Assembly (NCBI GenBank): GCA_963695875.1
Contig: CAVOID010000010.1
Span: 128,001 to 192,000, forward strand
Direction: 5' to 3'
DNA: 64,000 nt
Source of the DNA: an uncultured delta proteobacterium
GTDB lineage: Bacteria > Desulfobacterota > Syntrophia > Syntrophales > UBA2185
A model generated the notes under the pieces. It did no database searches. It saw nothing but the letters and a program-made list of their open reading frames with translations, and was not told the origin of the DNA. Positions 52,110 to 63,139 of this stretch are shown here, one piece after another. The translations under genes and the position numbers were made by a program. Within the stretch, counting starts at the first letter, position 1; each line of letters starts with the position of its first letter.

Positions 52110-54086
52110 ATGGGAGAAGCGGAAAAGATTGAACTGAAGGAAGTATATCCTGTTCCCGGTTGGGTTCGCAAGCAGGCCTACATCAAATCACGAGACGAAT
52201 ATGAGAAGCTGTGGAAGCGTTCCATAGAAGATCCTAACGGCTTCTGGTCGGAGATTGCCTCTGAGTACGTGGAGTGGTTCAAGAAGTGGGACAAGGTAGA
52301 AGACTTTAACTTTGATGTGAACAAGGGTCCCATTTACGTCAAGTATTTTGAGGGAGGCAAGCTCAACGTCTCCTACAACTGTTTGGACAGGCATCTGAAG
52401 ACGAGGGGTGACAAGATAGCCATTCAGTGGGAGGGGAATGATCCGGGAGAGGACAGGGCATATACATACAAGGAACTCCATAGGGAGGTATGCAAGTTTG
52501 CCAACGTCCTTAAATCCCTGGGTGTGAAGAAGGGGGACAGGGTCTGTTTCTTTCTTCCCATGATCCCGGAGCTTCCCATCGGGATGCTGGCCTGTACCCG
52601 TATTGGCGCGATACACGGTGCGGTGTTTGGTGGATTCAGCGCAGATTCTCTACGGGACAGGATTCAGGACAGCGGCTCCAAGGTACTGGTGACCTGTGAC
52701 GGGACATTCCGTGGCGCCAAGGCCGTTCCCCAGAAGACAAATGCCGACGAGGCGGTGAAGACATGTCCTTCCATCGAGAAAGTCATCGTGGTGAAGAGGG
52801 TGGGTGAGAAGATAGCATGCAGCATGCAGAAAGGCAGAGACCTGTGGTGGCACGAGGAGATGGCGAAGGCGAGCGACGAGTGTAAGCCGGAGTCGATGGA
52901 CGCTGAAGATCCCCTTTATATTCTGTATACATCAGGCTCCACGGGAAAGCCGAAGGGTGTCATGCACACAACCGGCGGGTATCTTGTGTTTGTAGCATAT
53001 ACTCACAAGATGATATTCGACTACCATGAGGAAGACATTTTCTGGTGCACTGCCGACATCGGCTGGGTGACGGGACACAGCTACATTATTTACGGGCCGC
53101 TTTGCAACGGCGCCACCTCGGTGATGTTTGAGGGAGTGCCGAACTACCCTGATGTAAGCCGTTTCTGGAAGGTTGTGGAAAAATATAAGGTAACGATCTT
53201 CTACACCGCCCCTACGGCCATCCGTGCCATTGCAAAGGAGGGAAGCGACTGGGTAAAGAAGGCGGATCTATCCACCCTGCGTATCTTGGGTACGGTGGGC
53301 GAGCCCATCAATCCGGAGGCATGGAACTGGTACCATCACAATATCGGACGGGACGAGTTACCCATAGTTGATACATGGTGGCAGACGGAGACGGGGGGCA
53401 TTCTGATCACGCCGCTCCCGGGCGCCATTGATCTCAAGCCCGGCAAGGCTACGGTCCCCTTTATGGGGGTATGGCCTGCCATTATCGATGAGAATGGTGA
53501 GGAGATCACAGAGACTGTTGCGAGCGGGCCGCTGTGCATCAAGAAGCCCTGGCCGGGGATCATGCGGAGTGTTTATGGCGATCCCCTGCGGTTCCAGGAG
53601 AATTACTTTATACAGCGTCCCGGATTCTATTATACCGGTGACGGTGCTACCAGGGATGAAGACGGCTATTATCAGCTCATGGGCCGGATTGATGATGTCA
53701 TCAACGTATCCGGGCACAGATTGGGGACTGCGGAGATCGAGAGCGCCCTGGTTGCCCATGAGAAGGTGGCTGAGGCTGCCGTGGTCGGGTATCCCCATGA
53801 TCTCAAGGGTCAGTCCATCTATGCCTATGTGACCCTGAAGACGGGAGTGGAGAAGTCAGACGCATTGAAGAAGGAGCTGGTGGCGCATGTCAGGACTCTG
53901 ATCGGGCCCATTGCTACACCGGAGAAGCTTCAGTGGGCCGATGGCTTGCCGAAGACCCGCAGCGGTAAGATCATGAGGAGGATATTAAGGAAGGTAGCGG
54001 CGAATGAGATCAGTGAACTGGGAGATACTACTACCCTGGCCGATCCTTCCGTCGTTGACGATATCGTGAAGAACAGGGTGCTATAA
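52110..54086 (+). CDS. acs: Acetyl-CoA synthetase (AMP-forming)
   Basis: [47 protein letters not shown]. Confidence 0.97.
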   Translation: MGEAEKIELKEVYPVPGWVRKQAYIKSRDEYEKLWKRSIEDPNGFWSEIASEYVEWFKKWDKVEDFNFDVNKGPIYVKYFEGGKLNVSYNCLDRHLKTRGDKIAIQWEGNDPGEDRAYTYKELHREVCKFANVLKSLGVKKGDRVCFFLPMIPELPIGMLACTRIGAIHGAVFGGFSADSLRDRIQDSGSKVLVTCDGTFRGAKAVPQKTNADEAVKTCPSIEKVIVVKRVGEKIACSMQKGRDLWWHEEMAKASDECKPESMDAEDPLYILYTSGSTGKPKGVMHTTGGYLVFVAYTHKMIFDYHEEDIFWCTADIGWVTGHSYIIYGPLCNGATSVMFEGVPNYPDVSRFWKVVEKYKVTIFYTAPTAIRAIAKEGSDWVKKADLSTLRILGTVGEPINPEAWNWYHHNIGRDELPIVDTWWQTETGGILITPLPGAIDLKPGKATVPFMGVWPAIIDENGEEITETVASGPLCIKKPWPGIMRSVYGDPLRFQENYFIQRPGFYYTGDGATRDEDGYYQLMGRIDDVINVSGHRLGTAEIESALVAHEKVAEAAVVGYPHDLKGQSIYAYVTLKTGVEKSDALKKELVAHVRTLIGPIATPEKLQWADGLPKTRSGKIMRRILRKVAANEISELGDTTTLADPSVVDDIVKNRVL

Positions 54087-54109
54087 AATATCTAAGGAAG
54101 GAGGAAGAC

Positions 54110-54880
54110 GTGAACATTGTTGCATGCGTAAAGCAGGTTCCGGACACGGAAACCCTGATCAAGGTGAAACCTGATGGATCGGGGATTGATGAGACTGGTA
54201 TTAAATGGGTCATGAACCCTTATGACGAGTTTGGTGTCGAAGAGGCCCTGAGATTGAAGGAAAAGTATGGTGGCGATGTCACGATAGTAACACTTGGTCC
54301 AGCGAGGGCACTCGAGGCACTCAGAACCGCCCTTGCCATGGGCGCTGACAAGGGAATATATGTCAATGACCCGGTTTTTGATAATGTAGATGCCTATACT
54401 GTAGCAGCGGCCCTGGCAGCAGCCATCAAAGGTATTCCACATGACATTATCTTTTGCGGACAGCGGGCGATTGACGACGACTCCGGTCAGGTTGGAGCTA
54501 TCTTGGCTGAACTTTTGGGTATCCCTCAGGTAGTCGTTGTCACAAAGGTCGATGTCGAAGGCAAATCCGTCAAGGTGATAAGACCTATCGAAGGTGCCCA
54601 GCTTCTTATAGAGAGTCCCCTGCCATGTGTGATAACAGCCCAGAAAGGTTTGAATGAGCCTCGTTATGCATCCCTTCCGGGTATCATGAAGGCCAAGAAG
54701 AAACCAGTTGATACCAAGGTCGCCACAGGGCTGGGTGTGTCCGTCGACGTAAAGGCAAAGATCGCTAGAACCCTTCCACCCCCGGCCAGGCCTCCAGGAA
54801 AGATTATCTGCGGCGAGGAACCGGCAGAAAAGGCCAGAGAACTGGCCAGACTGCTCAGGGAAGAGGCAAAAGTTATATAA
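54110..54880 (+). CDS. etfB: Electron transfer flavoprotein beta subunit
   Basis: CVKQVPD, NPYD, ALAMGAD, GQRAIDDDSGQVG, NEPRY. Confidence 0.95.
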   Translation: MNIVACVKQVPDTETLIKVKPDGSGIDETGIKWVMNPYDEFGVEEALRLKEKYGGDVTIVTLGPARALEALRTALAMGADKGIYVNDPVFDNVDAYTVAAALAAAIKGIPHDIIFCGQRAIDDDSGQVGAILAELLGIPQVVVVTKVDVEGKSVKVIRPIEGAQLLIESPLPCVITAQKGLNEPRYASLPGIMKAKKKPVDTKVATGLGVSVDVKAKIARTLPPPARPPGKIICGEEPAEKARELARLLREEAKVI

Positions 54881-54904
54881 TTATCGACTATGGAGGTGTA
54901 AAAA

Positions 54905-55882
54905 ATGGCTAAAGGTGTATGGATCGTTGCAGAACAGAGATACGGAGCCTACCGGAAAATCAGTTTTGAACTGGCCAGTACGGCCAGGAAACTTGCGGAC
55001 CAGCTTGGAGAAGAAGTTGGTGCTATTCTGCTTGGTTCCGGGATTGAGGCATTGGCCGGTGAGTTAGGGAAATACGGAGTCGATAAAGTATATGTAGCTG
55101 ACAATGCCCTTTTAGAACCCTATACTACTGATGCCCACGCTGCGGCAGTTGCCCGGCTGGTGAAGGAAAATAATCCCTCTATTCTGCTTTTCGGCGCTTC
55201 CGCTCAAGGCAAGGATCTTTCTGCCCGCCTTGTGGGCAAGCTGGCGACAGGAATGGCAACAGATTGTGTTGATGTGAAGATAGTGGACGGCAAATTGCTC
55301 GCTTTAAGGCCCATGTATGCCGGTAAATGTTATGGTGAAGTCTTAACGTCGTCTTTCCCCCAGATGGCTTCTTTGCGGCCTAATGTATTTCCCGCCGTTG
55401 AAAATTCTAAGACGCCGGAAGTAATCAAATTCGACCCCGGCCTTGATCCAAGCCAGTTGAAAACGAAGGTACTTGAAGTACAGAAGGACACGGCAGGGAA
55501 GGTTGACCTGACCGAGGCTAATATCATTGTATCCGGCGGACGCGGGATGAAAGGACCGGAAAATTACGTAATATTGGAAGAACTGGCAGATGTTCTGGGA
55601 GCAACGGTCGGGGCATCCAGAGCAGCGGTGGATGCGGGTTGGAGGCCCCAGAAGGATCAGGTTGGGCAGACTGGAAAGATCGTTTCCCCCAATCTTTATG
55701 TAGCCTGCGGCATATCCGGTGCAATCCAGCATTTGGCCGGCATGGGTACTTCTAAATACATCGTAGCAATTAATAAGGACCCGGATGCTCCGATCTTCGC
55801 GCGGGCTGATTACGGAATCGTAGATGATCTCTTTAAGGTTGTCCCGGAACTTACAAAAGAGGTTAAGAAACTGCTGGCTTAA
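54905..55882 (+). CDS. etfA: Electron transfer flavoprotein alpha subunit
   Basis: [41 protein letters not shown]. Confidence 0.96.
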   Translation: MAKGVWIVAEQRYGAYRKISFELASTARKLADQLGEEVGAILLGSGIEALAGELGKYGVDKVYVADNALLEPYTTDAHAAAVARLVKENNPSILLFGASAQGKDLSARLVGKLATGMATDCVDVKIVDGKLLALRPMYAGKCYGEVLTSSFPQMASLRPNVFPAVENSKTPEVIKFDPGLDPSQLKTKVLEVQKDTAGKVDLTEANIIVSGGRGMKGPENYVILEELADVLGATVGASRAAVDAGWRPQKDQVGQTGKIVSPNLYVACGISGAIQHLAGMGTSKYIVAINKDPDAPIFARADYGIVDDLFKVVPELTKEVKKLLA

Positions 55883-56050
55883 TTAAGAGCTTTGTGCGAG
55901 GCGCTCAGCGTGGCTCTAAATCTTTTTTCGCGTTTCATGATGAAATTTAACAAACCAATTAAAATGGATGGTTTTATAAATACCCATCAGAGAGAAAAAA
56001 CATTTGATTACCCGCTCAGGACCACTTGCGCAAAGAGGTTATAATAATAC

Positions 56051-56078
56051 GGGGGCGTGTGTGACGCCCCCTTTTTTT
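56051..56078 (+). terminator. Intrinsic terminator-like hairpin just before the DUF224 gene
   Basis: GGGGGCGT-GTGTG-ACGCCCCC-TTTTTTT. Confidence 0.7.
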
Positions 56079-56094
56079 GAAAAAAAGAGGTGTT

Positions 56095-58224
56095 ATGGAA
56101 CTGTCAAAGTTTTCAGTTGGCAACGAGGGTAGAGAGGTCTTCTGGAATGCTGAGAATTTTGAGGGGCTTCTTTTTGTCTTTACGGCTGTCGCGCTGGCCA
56201 TTTTTGCTTACGGGATTTACAAAAGGTGGCAGATGTGGACTGCCCTCGGCAAACCGGAGGTCAGAAATGATAACATTAAGGAACGAATTAAACTGCTCCT
56301 CCTTAATGGTCTGTTTCAGATTAAGACATTCAGAGACGCCTATCCAGGCGTTATGCACGGCTTGATCTTTTTCGGGTTCCTAGGCCTGATATTCGGTGCT
56401 GCATTTGATGCTACGGAATTTCATGTTGGCGAGCCGTTTGGCGCTCCCTTCTTGATAGGAAAATTCTATCTTATATTTTCTTTTCTTATGGAAGTATTCG
56501 GTTTATTTGTTCTTATAGGGATTTTTATAGCTGCGGAAAGGAGATATATTACAAAGCCTGATCGTCTTGGGTACAAGGAGAAGTCCGACAATACACCTGA
56601 TGACGCAATCGTCCTCATTCTGCTCGGAGGCATAATTATTACAGGATTTATCATTGAAGCGTTAAGAATTCACGTCACTGATCCTCCGTGGGAGGTCTGG
56701 TCTTTTGTCGGTTACACCCTGGCAAAGGCATTTTCAGGCATCGATCATGGCACGGCAAGAATAGTTCACAAGGTGATGTGGTGGACTCACACCTTCATCG
56801 CTCTGGGTTTCATCGCCTACATCCCTTACTCAAGGCTGCTGCATATCATCACCACTCCTGCCAATCATTTCATGGCTTCGTTAAAACCAGTAGGAAACAT
56901 TGAACCGATACGCGATTTTGAAACGGCAGAATCCTTTGGTGCGGGACAACTCGAAGATTTTACCTGGAAACAGATATTTGATTCCGATGCATGTACGCGC
57001 TGCGGGCGGTGCCAGGATGGTTGCCCGGCCTATCTGTCCGGGAAACCTCTGTCGCCAAAGAAAGTAGTACAGGATTTGAAAACTTACTGGCTTGAGAGGG
57101 CTCCATTGGTGTCAGCAGCGAAGAAGGCCGGAAGTAAGACAGGAGAAGGCGCGGTACCCGAAATACCGGCCCCGGGAAAAACAATGGTGGGAGAAGTGAT
57201 AGATCTGCACGAACTGTGGGCCTGCACAAACTGCATGTACTGCATGGAACATTGTTCGTCCTCAATCGAGCATGTTCCGAAGATCGTAAATATGAGACAG
57301 TACAAGGTTCTGACGGAAGCGGATTTTGCCCCCGAACTTCAGTTGACCTTCAGGAACATGGAGAATAATTCTAACCCCTGGGGTGTCGGTTCTCACATTC
57401 GAGCCGACTGGGCAAAGGATTTAGGTATCAAGACACTTGCTGAGGATCCAGATGTTGAGTATCTCTTCTATGTAGGATGTGCCGGATCATTTGATGACCG
57501 GGGAAAGAAGGTATCTGCGGCATTTGCAAAGATCCTGAAGGCAGCCGGTGTAAGCTTTGGTATTCTCGGTACTGAAGAGGGCTGCTGTGGCGATTCAGCT
57601 ATGCGGGGTGGAAATGAATATCTCTCACAGGCCCTTATGCAGGCTAATATCGAGGTCATGAACGGCTATGGTGTTAAGAAAATAATCTGTACATGTCCTC
57701 ACGGTTTTAATACCCTGAAAAAGGACTATCCCCACTTCGGTGGAAACTACGAGGTTTATCACCATACGGAGATCATCTCTCAGCTGATTGCTGCCGGGAA
57801 GATCACCTTTAAAAAACCCGTTGAAGGCCTATTCACCTATCACGATTCCTGTTTCCTCGGCAGATACAACGACATCTACGATCAGCCCCGAAAGATTCTA
57901 ACTGCCGTTCCCGGCATGAAGCTGGCAGAAATGGAGCGGAAACTCGATAAGAGCTTCTGCTGCGGCGCAGGCGGGGCGAGGATGTGGATGGAAGAGCATG
58001 ACGGTGAAAGAATCAATAACATGAGGACCGATCAGGCTATTGCCACAAATGCCGGTAATATCGCCGTGGCATGCCCGTTCTGTCTGACCATGATGAGTGA
58101 CGGAATCAAAGCCAGGGAAAAGGAAGAAAAGATGGCTTCATTAGACATTGCCGAGATTGTCTGGCGTGCCATGGGTCTTGAAGAAGAAAAACCGCCTGTA
58201 GATGTGTGTGCACCCACTAAATAG
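56095..58224 (+). CDS. Membrane FeS/CCG oxidoreductase (DUF224, ETF:quinone oxidoreductase-like)
   Basis: NarI-like TM domain with His ligands (MHGLIF, WTH, LLHI), CTRCGRCQDGCP, CTNCMYCMEHC, two CCG motifs; follows etfBA. Confidence 0.88.
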   Translation: MELSKFSVGNEGREVFWNAENFEGLLFVFTAVALAIFAYGIYKRWQMWTALGKPEVRNDNIKERIKLLLLNGLFQIKTFRDAYPGVMHGLIFFGFLGLIFGAAFDATEFHVGEPFGAPFLIGKFYLIFSFLMEVFGLFVLIGIFIAAERRYITKPDRLGYKEKSDNTPDDAIVLILLGGIIITGFIIEALRIHVTDPPWEVWSFVGYTLAKAFSGIDHGTARIVHKVMWWTHTFIALGFIAYIPYSRLLHIITTPANHFMASLKPVGNIEPIRDFETAESFGAGQLEDFTWKQIFDSDACTRCGRCQDGCPAYLSGKPLSPKKVVQDLKTYWLERAPLVSAAKKAGSKTGEGAVPEIPAPGKTMVGEVIDLHELWACTNCMYCMEHCSSSIEHVPKIVNMRQYKVLTEADFAPELQLTFRNMENNSNPWGVGSHIRADWAKDLGIKTLAEDPDVEYLFYVGCAGSFDDRGKKVSAAFAKILKAAGVSFGILGTEEGCCGDSAMRGGNEYLSQALMQANIEVMNGYGVKKIICTCPHGFNTLKKDYPHFGGNYEVYHHTEIISQLIAAGKITFKKPVEGLFTYHDSCFLGRYNDIYDQPRKILTAVPGMKLAEMERKLDKSFCCGAGGARMWMEEHDGERINNMRTDQAIATNAGNIAVACPFCLTMMSDGIKAREKEEKMASLDIAEIVWRAMGLEEEKPPVDVCAPTK

Positions 58225-58255
58225 AATACTTACCGAGAAAGAATAGCTGCTCTTT

Positions 58256-58291
58256 AAAAGGCCCCTGACTGCTGGAGTTCGGGGCTTTTTT
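58256..58291 (+). terminator. Intrinsic terminator
   Basis: GCCCC.GACT...AGTTCGGGGC-TTTTTT. Confidence 0.7.
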
Positions 58292-58406
58292 GTGGCAATT
58301 TAAACAATATTGTTTTAAGAATTATAATCAATATAATGATGGTATCGTTAGTAATGTCAGTATTCTAAACCTGAACCAAGAGATGTGTTTAAAGCACGCT
58401 TTTTAG

Positions 58407-58530
58407 CAGGCTGTTGAAAAACATTCAGCTGCAAGGCGCGCAAGACCCGAGTCGTGAGGCGTACATAGACGTACGTTGAACGACTAAGGGCCCAGCGCAA
58501 TGCCGCAGATGGATGTTTTTCAACATGTCC
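58407..58530 (+). mobile_element. Family A MITE-like element, minimal form without inserts
   Basis: TGTTGAAAAACATTCAGCTGC / GCAGATGGATGTTTTTCAACA (19/21); core TGAGGCGTACATAGACGTACG. Confidence 0.72.
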
Positions 58531-58556
58531 CACCACCACAAGAGAAAGGAGGGTGC

Positions 58557-60263
58557 ATGAATATGGACGGAGAGATTAAGTATATGGACAAACCATGGCT
58601 GAAATCCTACGAAAAGGGTGTACCGGCAACGATTAATTACAAAGAGCTTTGTATGCCGGACTTTCATGGACAGCGACGGCGCAGGCCTTTCCCGATAAGA
58701 CAGCCCTGATCTTTCAGGGTTACAAGCTGACGTTCAGGCAGTCTAAAGAAATGGTGGACCGATTTGCGACATGCCTTACTGATTTCGGTATCAAGCCAAG
58801 GGATGCCGTAGCGATCCTTCTTGCCCAATTTGATCCCCTGCGTTATTGCCTATCTTGCCATACTGAAGGTCGGTGCGATCGCGGTCATGAACAATCCCCT
58901 CTATACCAACCACGAGCTCGATCATCAGTTCAATGATTCCGGGTCCAAGGCGCTGATCACCCTTGATCTTCTGGCAAACCGCATGATTGATCTCCGGCCA
59001 AAAACCAAGATCAAGCAAATCGTGTATACATCGATCGGTGATTATCTTCCCTTCCCCAAAAATCTCCTTTTCCCGCTCGTGGCCAAGAAGAAAAAGCTCG
59101 CTGCCGATGTCAAACCGTCGACGGATGTGTTTGCATGGAAGGAGTGCATCGCCAGATACCAACCGAACCCGCCAGCCGTTCAGTTGGGTTTTGAGGATGT
59201 GGCCATGTATCAGTACACGGGAGGAACAACAGGGGTATCCAAAGGCGTAATGCTCACCCACGCCAACCTGAGCAAACAGGTGCAGCAGATAGAGGCCTGG
59301 TTTCCCGGATTTGACAGGGGAACCGAGATCATGCTGGGAGCTCTTCCCTATTTCCATTCTTTCGGCTTGTCCACATGCGATGAATTTATCTGTCTATCAG
59401 GGATGGACACAGATATTGATTCCCAGGCCCCAGCCTCAACCTTTGCTCGAAGCCATCAGAAAATTCAGGCCGACGTTCGCTCCGCTGGTGCCGACCATGT
59501 ATATCGGAATGCTCAATCACCCCGATCTGAAAAAAACAGATATGAGCTGCATCAGGGGAGCCTTCTCCGGAAGCGCTCCCCTGCCCGTGGAAGTCATCCA
59601 TGACTTTGAGAAAATGACAGGGGCCATAATTGTCGAGGGATTCGGACTGACGGAAACTACACCTGTGACCCATATCAATCCTTTCGGCGGTGTCCGCAAG
59701 GTGGGCAGCATCGGTATCCCTATTTCAGACACTCAGTGCCGCATTGTCAGTCTTGATGACGGCGTGACAGACGTGCCTTTGGGAGAGCCTGGGGAAGCTG
59801 ATCATCAAGGGACCGCAGGTCATGAAGGGCTACAAGGACATGCCGGAAGAAACGGCGAACACCCTTCGGGATGGCTGGTTATATACGGGGGATATCGCTA
59901 CGATGGATCAGGACGGATACTTTTACATCGTGGACCGGAAGAAGGACATGATTATCTCCGGCGGCTTCAATATCTACCCACGGGATATTGATGAGGTATT
60001 TTACCAGCACCCCAAGGTGCAGGAAGCGTGTTCCATCGGAATTCCGGATCCGAAAAGAGGGGAAAATGTGAAGGTATTCGTCGTTCTCAAGGAAGGTGAT
60101 GACAGCAACAAAGGAAGAACTCATAGAATTCTGCAAAACAAGGCTTGCAACCTACAAGCTTCCGACGGAGATTGAATTCCGCAAGGAACTTCCAAAAACA
60201 AACGTGGGTAAGATCCTTCGCAAGCAGCTTAAGGCCGAGGAAATGGAGAAACGAAAAAAGTAG
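58557..60263 (+). CDS. Long-chain fatty acid-CoA ligase (FadD-like), several indels
   Basis: [50 protein letters not shown]. Confidence 0.9.
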
Positions 60264-60294
60264 TTAGTGTACGTAATAGGTAGTCGTGCTTGGA

Positions 60295-60336
60295 AAATCC
60301 CCCATCCCCCTTTGATCAACGGGAGATGGGGGATTT
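60295..60336. repeat. Family C palindrome between convergent genes (may act as terminator)
   Basis: AAATCCCCCATCCCCC...GGGAGATGGGGGATTT. Confidence 0.65.
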
Positions 60337-60339
60337 ATT

Positions 60340-61551
60340 TTATGCCCCAAACTTCTCCAGCCTTCTGGCATGCGCCAAGGCAAGTCCCATGAGATGAACC
60401 ATCGGCATTCTTCCCAGCCCGCCGCAGATACAGTCCCTCTCACCAAATTTTTCCACCCGATCCGGCCTGCATGTCGCTGAATATAGCAGTACCGGCAATG
60501 GATGCCAGCTATGGGAGGCAAGGGCTGCCGGCGTTGAATGATCACCCGTCACCACTAAGACATCAGGATTTAGTTCCGTAACCAGAGGAATCAGGGAATC
60601 CACTTCTTCGATCACCTTCACTTTGGCATCGAAATTCCCGTCCTCACCTCTTGAATCGGTTGGCTTCACATGAACGAAGAAGAAATCGTATTTCTCGTAA
60701 TTTTTACGGAGAGCCGAGATTTCCTCTTCAATTGTCACGGGCTGCGGACCTATAACCATTCCCAGAAGCCGGGCAATGCCGCGGTACATGGGATAACCGG
60801 CAATGGCCAGGGCGTTAAGACCAAAGCGTTCGCTTATGTATGGATACCTGCGGTAGCGGGAATAACCCCGGAGAAGCATCATATTCGCCTTACTTTCATC
60901 GGCAAGTACTCCCCTGGCTTTATCAATCAGACTCTGAAGAATGATTGCTGTTTCCTCTGCTTCCGGAACCAGGGCTTTCGGAGGTAAGGCTGAAAGACCG
61001 GTCTTCTGAGGGTCTGTTTCCTGGATATTCTCACAGAGCCTGTCTCCCCTGAGGACTAAGAGTGCACGGTGTTCCCTGACTGGTTCAAAGATAACCTCCA
61101 CATCCGATATTTTCCGGATATTCTCCTGAAGCTTCCTGCAGATTCGCTTATTGGTATCGTTGTCAATCCGGCCGGCTCGCCGATCGATGACAACACCAGC
61201 CTTATCGATTGTGGCAAAGTTGATTCTGATCAGCAAGATCGCGCTCAGTCATGGGGTAATCGATCCCGGCTGCCTCCAATATTCCCCTTCCGATGTTGTT
61301 TTTCACGGGGTCATAGCCAAAGAGGGCAAAATGGGCAGGACCGCTTCCTGGTGTTATTCCATATCCAACTGGATCCAAAAGACCACATATGGATCTTTTA
61401 GCCAGAGCATCCATGTTGGGCGTCTTTGCTGCTTCCAGTTCCGTCTGATCCCTGCCCACCCATCGGCAGACCGCCAAGGCCATCCATGATGAGAAAAATA
61501 ATCTTTGTGTCATTTTTTACCACCAGGCTTATCAATGAATTCCGGATCCAT
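60340..61551 (-). CDS. apgM: 2,3-bisphosphoglycerate-independent phosphoglycerate mutase, archaeal type (indels)
   Basis: [44 protein letters not shown]. Confidence 0.9.
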
Positions 61552-61592
61552 AAGCAGCACCTCAAAAAATTTAAGAATTTATATGACAATGA

Positions 61593-61771
61593 ACAGCTTC
61601 GTAAAAAGAGTAAGGTTCAAGCCGCGCATGGTTCGATTGGCTCACCATGACTGTAAATAAAGCCTGTCCTGAACTTGTCGAAGGACAGTATGCAGAGCAA
61701 CGCAGCAAGAGCCTGCCTGGCCCCCGCATACGCGGGGTAAACTTCGGCAGGGGGACCATTCACGAAGCTGT
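61593..61771 (+). mobile_element. Family A MITE-like element with three nested modules
   Basis: Ends ACAGCTTCGT / ACGAAGCTGT; GCAACGCAGCA core; inserts TGGTTCGATTGGCTCACCA, CCTGTCCTGAACTTGTCGAAGG, CCTGCC...GGCAGG. Confidence 0.65.
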
Positions 61772-61780
61772 CATAGCACC

Positions 61781-63072
61781 TCACACTCTTTCCAGCACTA
61801 TCGCCATACCCTGCCCTCCACCGATACACAGGGTAGCCAGACCGAGATTCAGGTTTTTCTTTTTCATCTGCATGGCCAGGGTATAGGTGATTCTGGCACC
61901 CGTACAACCGATAGGATGACCAAGGGAAATACCACTGCCATTGATATTACATTTGTCCAAATCGATCTTCAGTTCTCTGATGCATGCTATTGCCTGAACA
62001 GCAAAGGCCTCATTCAGTTCAATCAGATCGATGTCTTTCATGGTGAGTCCAAGTTTCTTGAAAATCTTCCGCGTCGCCGGGATGGGTCCAAGACCCATGT
62101 AAGCGGGGTCAACACCACCAGCGGCAAATCCTTTGATCTTCGCCAGAGGCTTCAGACCCAGTTCCTTCGCTTTTTCCGCACTCATGACCACCACAGCTGC
62201 GGCACCGTCATTGATGCCGGATGAGTTCCCGGCCGTTACGGTTCCCCCATCCTTCTTGAAGGCAGTGGGCAGTTTGGCCATCTTCTCGAAGGAAGTGTCC
62301 ATGGGCCTTTCATCAACTTTAAACACTTTGGGATCACCTTTTTTCTGAGGAATAACAACCGGCACAATCTCTTCGGCATACGTTCCGTTGGCGATAGCAG
62401 CCCTTGCCCTTTGATGACTCATAAGGGCAAGTTCATCCTGTTCCTGTCTCGTGATCCCGTATTTTGCCGCGATGTTCTCCGCAGTAAAGCCCATATGATA
62501 GCCGTTGAATATTTCATAAAGACCGTCAAACACCATGATGTCCGTAATCTGCCCGAAGGGCATACCCATGCGATATCCCCAGCGGGCGTCTGGTAGGCCG
62601 AACGGTGCATTGCTCATGTTTTCCATGCCCCCGCAACAATTGCATCTGCATCTCCGCTCTTGATGATCTGCGTCGCCAGCGTTATGGCCTTCATACCCGA
62701 CGCACACACCTTATTGACTGTAAACGCGTTGGTCTCCTCCGGCAAGCCGGCATAAATGCTCGCCTGTCGCGCCGGATTCTGTCCAAGAGCCGCCTGGATC
62801 ACGTTTCCCATGATGCATTCATCAAAATAGACCGACTTCAAACCCTTGTCATAATCGTAATATTTTTTATTGATGTCGGTCATGTCAAAGTCTCCGAAGA
62901 CATCAGGGCGGCTGGATTTCACAAATTCACTGATAGCCGGCCGCAGTCCTGCTCTCTTGACGGCCTCCTTGATAACGAGCGCACCAAGATCAACCGTCCT
63001 CACTCCATTCAGTGCACATCCGAAACTGCCAACGGCAGTTCTTGCACCACTCACAATCACAACTTCTCTCAT
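61781..63072 (-). CDS. Acetyl-CoA C-acetyltransferase (thiolase), frameshift near 62630
   Basis: [43 protein letters not shown]. Confidence 0.94.
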
Positions 63073-63139
63073 CTTAAATCCTCCTTAAATTAATAAAGCA
63101 TTACGCTTAATTTGCTTTCAAAGAATAATCTGCTAATCG

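Noticed and set aside
33252..58224. Selenocysteine or stop-codon recoding in the redox enzymes
   Set aside because: The oxidoreductase subunits, ETF and DUF224 ORFs are uninterrupted, with no in-frame TGA at Cys positions.
27655..61771. Repeat families as a CRISPR array or integron attC cassettes
   Set aside because: Copies are dispersed singly between housekeeping genes, with no regular spacers, cas genes or integrase in the window.
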